A stretch of 26,214 nucleotides of DNA from Myxococcota bacterium (lineage in GTDB: Bacteria; Myxococcota_A; Bradymonadia; UBA7976; UBA1532): the NCBI GenBank assembly GCA_036337435.1, contig JAYZEG010000092.1:1-26214 (forward strand), given 5' to 3'. The notes beneath the pieces were generated by a model. The model searched no databases. It saw only the letters and a list, made by a program, of their open reading frames with translations, and was not told where the DNA came from. Below are positions 19,957 to 26,214 of this stretch, in pieces; position 1 is the stretch's first letter; every line of letters starts with the position of its first letter. Both the position numbers and the translations under genes were made by a program.

Positions 19957-20607
19957 ATGAGACACCTAATGCGAATTTTCCTCATGGGGGGCACTCTTGT
20001 TTGCTTATGGGGCTGTGGTTCAGGCGGTGGGTCAACACAACCTCCGGGTACAGTCACAGACATCTGGTCAGGCTTCTGCACGGCGACATTTACGGTAGAC
20101 TATGCAATTATCGACACATTTGACGACCCTCTGTTTACAGCCCGGGCCGGAGAAACCTATCTCGTCAATGACTTCAGGCGTTTCGGTCTTGAGTATCGGG
20201 CCAGCTTGCTCTACCTCACTCAGAGTTCACCAATTACATTCGACGTCACAGCGAGCGATGAAACCAGCTTCCCGTTCGAGACGAACTGCGCCAGTGACTC
20301 AGTTTCGTCCCTCTTGGGCGTATTCACCGATTCAATCTTCTATCGAGATGAGGCTCTGACAGACCCGATATGCGAATTGAGCGAAGGCAGCATTGCCGAG
20401 GGGCTTCTCAATATCCGATTGGTTTCCGGCTTTGGTTTTGGTGCTGGCAGTGCACCCGCAGTTTACAAAGTGACTCTGGGTGAATTTTCAAACGATTGCG
20501 ATGGCGCTGAGGATGGATATGTTCAAGTCCGAGCTGTTAACCGGTTCGGTGCCAGCTATTTTGAAGCCCCCATCGCACGAGTACTTCGCCCCAGAACGAC
20601 CCCATAG
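19957..20607 (+). CDS. Hypothetical lipoprotein
   Basis: Signal MRHLMRIFLMGGTLVCLWG-C followed by a GSGGGSTQPP tether; four further Cys; GGAG/AGG upstream. No family recognised. Confidence 0.72.
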   Translation: MRHLMRIFLMGGTLVCLWGCGSGGGSTQPPGTVTDIWSGFCTATFTVDYAIIDTFDDPLFTARAGETYLVNDFRRFGLEYRASLLYLTQSSPITFDVTASDETSFPFETNCASDSVSSLLGVFTDSIFYRDEALTDPICELSEGSIAEGLLNIRLVSGFGFGAGSAPAVYKVTLGEFSNDCDGAEDGYVQVRAVNRFGASYFEAPIARVLRPRTTP

Positions 20608-20647
20608 ACCATCGAGATTATGCCCGACAGCTGATGGACCTCGGAAC

Positions 20648-21406
20648 TCAACGGAGTCGTTCTCTAAGCGTTTCAATGGCCGCCCTTGATTTCGCCTTGA
20701 GTTCATCTAGGCTGCCGAGTTCGTATTCTTGAGTCGAAATTGGCTGACCAACGATAACAGCCGCGTCAGAACGGCCGAACCGCCAATCAGATTTTGGCAG
20801 TGCTGACCGGGTACCGTGGACGGCAATGGGCAAAATCGGTACGCCCGCCTGGATGGCTAAGCGAAACGCCCCATCTTTGAAAGCCAAAAGGTCATCGGTC
20901 CTCGAACGAGTCCCCTCCGGAAACATCATAATCGGAACCCCTTTGGCCAGATACCCCAGGCATTTATCCATGGCCTCATTGACCGAGGACGAATCACCTC
21001 GCTTCACGGCAATATCCCCACTTAAATACATGGACCATCCAACGACGGGAATCTTGAATAAGCTTCGCTTACCCAGCCACTTCATCTCCCAGGGCAAACG
21101 GGAGATGAGAAATGAATCACTATGGGAACAATGGTTTGAGATAACCACTGCAGGCCCCTTCAGATCGTAATCATAATTGGGCCCGGTAAATCGCTTAAAG
21201 CGCCAGAACGGGTTGAGTGTTGTGGCCATCACGGCCGAGGCGCGAAAAATACGCCCTGCCAGAATCCTGTTCCGGTCGAAAGGATACACGACGAGAGTCA
21301 CCACAACCTGAAGGCAAAAGCCAGCGATGGCGCAAAGCGAGACCATCAACCAGCCCCAAATCGACAAAAGTGTGATCACTCCTTTGCTCATGTTTAACGG
21401 TCCCAC
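20648..21406 (-). CDS. plsC: 1-acyl-sn-glycerol-3-phosphate acyltransferase (PlsC family)
   Basis: Catalytic NHCSHSD (HxxxxD), KRSLFKIPVVGW, FPEGTRS, FKDGAFRLA, VPILPIA. The start could be ATG at 21391. Confidence 0.9.
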   Translation of the reverse strand: MGPLNMSKGVITLLSIWGWLMVSLCAIAGFCLQVVVTLVVYPFDRNRILAGRIFRASAVMATTLNPFWRFKRFTGPNYDYDLKGPAVVISNHCSHSDSFLISRLPWEMKWLGKRSLFKIPVVGWSMYLSGDIAVKRGDSSSVNEAMDKCLGYLAKGVPIMMFPEGTRSRTDDLLAFKDGAFRLAIQAGVPILPIAVHGTRSALPKSDWRFGRSDAAVIVGQPISTQEYELGSLDELKAKSRAAIETLRERLR

Positions 21407-21467
21407 GAAACGAGACCTAAGTCAGGTTGTTTTTGTATTCAAAAGAGAGGTGCGGCGTCTGCGACGG

Positions 21468-22046
21468 TTATGGTGATGCCTCATTCCCCGAAAAATTGAG
21501 TAGCCAGCACAAAGTCTCAGCCTGCTCAATCGCGTCGGACAATGCATTATGCTTGTGTAAATTCTCGGGCTTTTGGTAGCCCGCCTCTTTCATGACGTGA
21601 TGGAGTCTTCGACGGTCTGTACAGCCCAGTGCTCCCATTGCGAAGCTGGGAATGTCGATTGTGCTGTGGCCGAGAATATTTTCACCAAGGTATTTTTCAG
21701 ACATCCAACTGATAAAGGGCGAATCAAAACTACTCGGCCAGGCGGCGGGCCGTACGCGTCCATATCTGGATTTGAGGGTCTCCAAATACGTTCTAAGAGC
21801 TGTCATCGCCTCTACAGGACTGGCCCCGTTATCACGCAAATAGCGGTCGTCTAAGCCGTGAATCTCGACAGAGTCCTCTGATGTCAAAAGACCGGGCTGG
21901 GGCTGTATTTCCGCGTAAAACGTGCGTTTCAAATTCACACTCCACGCACCGCGGCGTCTTACGACCGGCACGGCACCGATGCTGACAACCGAATAGAGGC
22001 CAGGAGTGAGTCCGGATGTTTCAATGTCAAGACTAAGGAAGATCAT
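21468..22046 (-). CDS. DEDDh 3'-5' exonuclease (DnaQ-like, resembling the Rv2179c-type exoribonucleases)
   Basis: ExoI LDIETSG, ExoII SFD, ExoIII HNALSDA; SIGAV...FYAEI pattern. Confidence 0.87.
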   Translation of the reverse strand: MIFLSLDIETSGLTPGLYSVVSIGAVPVVRRRGAWSVNLKRTFYAEIQPQPGLLTSEDSVEIHGLDDRYLRDNGASPVEAMTALRTYLETLKSRYGRVRPAAWPSSFDSPFISWMSEKYLGENILGHSTIDIPSFAMGALGCTDRRRLHHVMKEAGYQKPENLHKHNALSDAIEQAETLCWLLNFSGNEASP

Positions 22047-22189
22047 TGACGGTTCCCATCAGAAGGTCTTTTGTCAGCAGACACCGACACAGTTTTAACA
22101 AAACCGGTGTTTTTAGTACCGTCTACATCAACATATCGCCATATTTTTCGGTAAATTAACGGTGTGGAATATTTCATGTCGGCTAGCCG

Positions 22190-22218
22190 TTGACGCTGAA
22201 TTGTGTGGATGTTAGACC
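22190..22218 (+). promoter_or_regulatory. Possible sigma70 promoter for the leader ORF-DsbA locus
   Basis: TTGACG (22190-22195), 17-nt spacer ending in TGT (extended -10), TAGACC (imperfect -10). Confidence 0.4.
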
Positions 22219-22280
22219 CTCAACGCAAATAACCAATGGGGATGCTCACCGTTCACTGTGAGCGACGCTGCTTGATTTAA

Positions 22281-22718
22281 TTGTGTAAACTACTCCCATT
22301 CCTAACCCTGACCGTTCTCGCTACATCCGCGAACGCCACCACACCTGCCTGCAACGCATCCAGCGACATAAGTTTTGCCGGACTGGTCGGTGGTGATGTG
22401 TCCGAGCTCTGTGACGGAACAGAATGTGAGTCTGTGTCTCGACCTGAAATCCACGTGAGTGGACCCTCGACCGGGTTAAAACCTCAGGTGCCAACACAGC
22501 CGGGACCACGATGCCTGTATGCGGGCCCCCATTGTGAATCAGTCCCCTTGCCACCGGGCGAATCAACGGGGATAGGACTGCTCGGCTGGTCGTGTGACTC
22601 AGGTCACTCACTTCAGTGTCACCGAGGTTATTTGCCCATGAACGTTAGGTTTGATTACCGGGCTCTTTGCTCACAATGGGCGCCGAAAAAAGCAAATCCG
22701 CCCCCACGGTCCCGGTAA
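22281..22718 (+). CDS. Hypothetical secreted Cys/Pro-rich protein (possible leader ORF)
   Basis: Signal-like LLPFLTLTVLATSANA, 9 Cys, C-terminal NPPPRSR. The TTG start has no clear RBS and directly follows an in-frame TAA. Confidence 0.5.
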   Translation: MCKLLPFLTLTVLATSANATTPACNASSDISFAGLVGGDVSELCDGTECESVSRPEIHVSGPSTGLKPQVPTQPGPRCLYAGPHCESVPLPPGESTGIGLLGWSCDSGHSLQCHRGYLPMNVRFDYRALCSQWAPKKANPPPRSR

Positions 22719-22849
22719 CCACTTTTAGAAAACATGGCTCTGAGCTAACTGGCAAGCACCAGATGAGCGAGGGCACGTCTACACAAAGATTTTGATAGTC
22801 ACTAATCGTGCGGCGAAAAGATGAAGCCGTACATAGAAATGAGGAAAAA

Positions 22850-25411
22850 ATGACAACGATCAAGAAATTGGGCCTGGGTCTCCTGAGCCTGTTTATTCTA
22901 TTTGGATGTGAGCCCGTTGAGAAGACGGACAGTAAAGAGCTCGCAAAACCCGGAACCGCGAAGAAGGCCGCCACCGGCGGTGACAGCACACTTATCCCAG
23001 TCGGTTCAAGCTATACGAAGGGGCCCAACACGGCCCTTGTCACAATTGTCGAATTCAGCGAATTCCAATGTCCCTTCTGTTCACGGGTCTTGCCGACGCT
23101 CGACAAGATTACTGAGACCTACAAGGACAAAGTCCGTATTGTGTTCAAGCACAACCCACTGCCCTTTCATAAAGATGCTCCACTCGCGGCGCAGGCTGCT
23201 AATGCAGCAGGTAAGCAGGGTAAGTTCTGGGAAATGCACGACGTTCTATTCAAGAATATGAAGAAGCTCAAGGCGGCAGACCTCAATGGGTACGCAAAAG
23301 GCCTTGGTCTGGATATGACCAAGTTTGCGGCCGACTTGAACTCCAAAGAAAACAAGGATGCAGTCGCTGCAGACATGGCACTTGCCAAGAAAGTCGGTGC
23401 TCGCGGTACACCAAACTTCTTCGTCAATGGTGAGCAAGTGACGGGCGCACGACCTTTCCCGGCGTTCAAGACTGTGATCGATAAGCAATTAAAAGCTGCC
23501 GAGGCTGCTCTCAAAGCCGGTACCAAAGCAAGCGACGTTTATGCTGCAATGGTCAAGAAAAACTACAAAGAGCCGACCAAACGACCCGGTAACAAGCGTC
23601 CAGGGCGAGACACCAAGACTGTCTACAAGATCCCAGCGACTCAAACCTATACGAACGTGTCGAAAGGCCCTGAAGACGCTCTCGTGACGATTCTCGAATT
23701 CAGCGAGTTTCAATGCCCATTCTGCTCGCGAGTGAACCCGACCATCAAAAAGATCAACGAAACTTACAAAGATAAGGTTCGTGTCATCTTCAAGCATAAC
23801 CCACTCCCATTTCACAAAGATGCGCCGCTCGCGGCACAGGCAGCTAATGCAGCGGGTAAGCAGGGTAAATTCTGGGAAATGCATGACGTTTTGTTCAAGA
23901 ACATGAAGAAGCTCAAGCCAGAGAACATCGATGAGTATGCGAAAGAAATCGGCCTGGACATGACCAAGTTTGCAGCGGATCTAAACAGCCCCGAGAACAA
24001 AAAAGCTGTCGCAGCGGACCAAGCTTTGGCGCGCCAATTTGGTGCTCGTGGGACACCAAACTTCTTCATCAATGGTCGAAATCTCGTTGGTGCGCAGCCG
24101 TTCTCGGCGTTCAAAACCATCATCGATGAGGAAATTAAGAAGGCCGAGAAGCTCGTGGCCGCTGGCACAGCCAAGAAAGATGTTTACGCGAAGCTGACAG
24201 CCAATGGCAAAACCAAGGCTGCGGCACCAAAGCGCCAGCCAAGAAAAGAAGACACGACCGTGTATAAGCTCCCCGTGAGCGATGCCGATTTCTTTAAGGG
24301 ACCCGCTGACGCATTGGTTACCATCGTCGAATTCAGTGAATTTCAATGCCCCTTCTGCAGCCGAGTCAACCCAACGATTGAGAAGGTCATCAAGAAGTAC
24401 GGTAAGGATGTTCGCGTCGTCTTCAAGCACAACCCATTGTCTTTTCACAAAGACGCGCCCCTCGCAGCCCAAGCAGCAATCGCAGCGGGTAAGCAAGATA
24501 AGTTTTGGCAAATGCACGACATTCTTTTCAAGAACATGAAGAAGCTCAAGCCAGACGACCTAAATGGGTATGCAAAAGAGATTGGCTTGGATATGACAAA
24601 GTTCGCCGCAGACCTGAACGCGCCTGCTGTCGTGAAACAAGTCAAGGACGACCAGGCACTTGCGCAAACATTTGCAGCTCGTGGTACACCGCATTTCTTC
24701 ATCAATGGCCGACGCCTTCGAGGTGCCCAACCCTTCGCAAACTTTGAGAAGCTCATTGACGAGCAACTCAAAATCGCCAAGGGCTTAGTCGCCAAAGGAA
24801 CCGCCCGGAAAGATGTGTACGCCGCGGTCACAGCGAAAGGTGCGACTAAAGGAAATTCACCTGCTCGAAAGCAACGTCCTGTCGACACAAAGGTTTACGA
24901 CGTGAAGGTAAGCCCAAATGACTTTTTTAAGGGCAACAAGAACGCCAAGATCACCATTGTTGAGTTCAGTGAATTCCAATGTCCCTTCTGTTCGCGGGTC
25001 AATCCGACCATCACCAAGATTTTGAAGGAATATGGCGACAAGGTGAAGGTCGTCTTCAAGCACAACCCACTGTCTTTCCACAAGGATGCGCCTCTCGCTG
25101 CTCAAGCGTCTATCGCTGCTGGAAAGCAGGGTAAATTTTGGGAAATGCACGACATCCTTTTCAAGAATCAGCGCAAACTGAAGCCTGAAGATATCAACGG
25201 TTATGCAAAAGAAATTCAGCTCGATATGACAAAATTCGCTGCTGACTTGAACAGTGACGCGACTAAGAAGCAAGTTGCAGCCGACATGGCTCAAGCGCGT
25301 GAGCTGAAGGCCCGAGGTACCCCTCACTTCTTCGTTAATGGCCGACGTCTAGCAGGAGCCCAGCCTTTCCCTGCGTTCAAGGCTCTCATCGACGAGATGC
25401 TTAAAAAATAA
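22850..25411 (+). CDS. Lipoprotein with four tandem DsbA-family (Thioredoxin_4-like) domains
   Basis: ATG 22850 follows GAGGA; signal MTTIKKLGLGLLSLFILFG-C. Four EFSEFQCPFCSRV active sites (CPFC at 23069, 23714, 24347, 24980), each with KHNPL.FH and the cis-Pro loop RGTP(N/H)FF. The ORF track starts at 22808 (GTG). Confidence 0.93.
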   Translation: MTTIKKLGLGLLSLFILFGCEPVEKTDSKELAKPGTAKKAATGGDSTLIPVGSSYTKGPNTALVTIVEFSEFQCPFCSRVLPTLDKITETYKDKVRIVFKHNPLPFHKDAPLAAQAANAAGKQGKFWEMHDVLFKNMKKLKAADLNGYAKGLGLDMTKFAADLNSKENKDAVAADMALAKKVGARGTPNFFVNGEQVTGARPFPAFKTVIDKQLKAAEAALKAGTKASDVYAAMVKKNYKEPTKRPGNKRPGRDTKTVYKIPATQTYTNVSKGPEDALVTILEFSEFQCPFCSRVNPTIKKINETYKDKVRVIFKHNPLPFHKDAPLAAQAANAAGKQGKFWEMHDVLFKNMKKLKPENIDEYAKEIGLDMTKFAADLNSPENKKAVAADQALARQFGARGTPNFFINGRNLVGAQPFSAFKTIIDEEIKKAEKLVAAGTAKKDVYAKLTANGKTKAAAPKRQPRKEDTTVYKLPVSDADFFKGPADALVTIVEFSEFQCPFCSRVNPTIEKVIKKYGKDVRVVFKHNPLSFHKDAPLAAQAAIAAGKQDKFWQMHDILFKNMKKLKPDDLNGYAKEIGLDMTKFAADLNAPAVVKQVKDDQALAQTFAARGTPHFFINGRRLRGAQPFANFEKLIDEQLKIAKGLVAKGTARKDVYAAVTAKGATKGNSPARKQRPVDTKVYDVKVSPNDFFKGNKNAKITIVEFSEFQCPFCSRVNPTITKILKEYGDKVKVVFKHNPLSFHKDAPLAAQASIAAGKQGKFWEMHDILFKNQRKLKPEDINGYAKEIQLDMTKFAADLNSDATKKQVAADMAQARELKARGTPHFFVNGRRLAGAQPFPAFKALIDEMLKK

Positions 25412-25425
25412 GTGCCAGACACAAG

Positions 25426-25458
25426 GCAAGCGGTGCTGGTCTGATCGGCACCGCTTGC
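25426..25458 (+). terminator. Strong intergenic hairpin after the multi-DsbA gene
   Basis: GCAAGCGGTGC...GCACCGCTTGC, 11 perfect bp extendable with G-U pairs; lacks a U tract. Confidence 0.55.
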
Positions 25459-25543
25459 GAATTCACCTTCCTTACGTGACACCTATCCGTTGATCTGATA
25501 CTCCCCTACTGTATCGTACCAAACTAGCCGGGGAGGCAGCCTG

Positions 25544-26140
25544 ATGACGACTGAGAGCGAAACTAAACAAGGGCCAACACGTCTATTCAGATGGGCGTTG
25601 GTCGTTGGGTGTATCGCTGTGTTCTGTATCGTGACCCAATTGCACATGACGGACGGTGAGAGCCGCCGAGAGGTAGCTCTTGCCGCCGCCATCGACTTAA
25701 ATGCTCAAGTCCGAACGGGAATTGCACCGGATTTCGAGGTCATCCGCGCGGATGGTAGCCGGATACGGCTCAGTTCACTTCGGGGCAAAGTTGTCTTCAT
25801 AAACTTTTGGGCAACCTGGTGCCCACCATGTCGTGCTGAGATTCCTGACCTAGAAAAACTCGCCGACAAAATGAAGCACGTCCCGTTTGAAATTCTTGCA
25901 GTGAGTTCAGACGAGAGTTGGGCCGATGTTCAACGTTTCTTTGCTGGTAAGCGAACAAAAATGCTCGTCGGTCTCGATCCAAATAAGCAGTCCATCGCAA
26001 CCAGCTATGGAACCGAGAAGCTGCCTGAAACCTATGTTGTCGACCGAGACGGGAATTTGCGACTCCGATTCGTCAATGTCCAACCTTGGACCGATTCGCG
26101 TATCCATCGGTATCTTGAATGGCTGGCGACCAAGAGTTGA
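25544..26140 (+). CDS. TlpA/ResA-family membrane-anchored thiol-disulfide oxidoreductase
   Basis: N-terminal TM helix; APDF, LSSLRGKVVFINFWATWCPPCRAEIP, LPETYVVDRDG; RBS GGGAGG. Confidence 0.93.
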   Translation: MTTESETKQGPTRLFRWALVVGCIAVFCIVTQLHMTDGESRREVALAAAIDLNAQVRTGIAPDFEVIRADGSRIRLSSLRGKVVFINFWATWCPPCRAEIPDLEKLADKMKHVPFEILAVSSDESWADVQRFFAGKRTKMLVGLDPNKQSIATSYGTEKLPETYVVDRDGNLRLRFVNVQPWTDSRIHRYLEWLATKS

Positions 26141-26214
26141 TCAGCGGCACATTGTCATCTCGGCCGAGTGCGGTCTAAACTAAGGGCTCCGGAATCCACC
26201 TGGACCAAGGCACG

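Noticed and set aside
21468..22046. DEDDh nuclease as a defence or phage gene
   Set aside because: It sits in tandem with plsC, with no defence or phage neighbours; housekeeping is more parsimonious.
23167..25327. Repeated antisense ORFs opposite the DsbA gene
   Set aside because: They are shadows of biased codon usage in the four-fold repeated coding sequence.

Overview
A 26.2-kb bacterial chromosomal segment of about 54-55% GC (estimated by eye). Gene content (Myxococcus-type Cys-rich repeats, an AgmX/PglI-C-like domain, multi-DsbA lipoprotein) suggests a Myxococcota-like deltaproteobacterium; this is inference. It holds about 16 CDS and one tRNA-Leu(TAA), and is dominated by envelope functions: a 5'-truncated SAM methyltransferase; a DUF3050 (heme-oxygenase-like diiron fold)-DUF420/CtaM-like fusion; a 2437-aa Cys-rich lipoprotein with three RCC1 propellers; a zinc-ribbon membrane protein; a GldA/GldF-GldG/DUF4340-type ABC operon; three more lipoproteins; a CTP-dependent lipid kinase; a PlsC-family acyltransferase; a DEDDh exonuclease; and a thiol-redox locus (Cys-rich leader-like ORF, four-domain DsbA lipoprotein, TlpA). 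I saw no CRISPR array, integrase or transposase. Best leads: (1) the DUF3050-DUF420 fusion, (2) RCC1 propellers inserted inside a disulfide repeat at the same loop three times, (3) the 4xDsbA gene preceded by a short uORF and a secreted Cys-rich ORF ending in PPPR, possibly a translational sensor. All family assignments come from motif recognition by eye; no database search was run, so novelty is untested.
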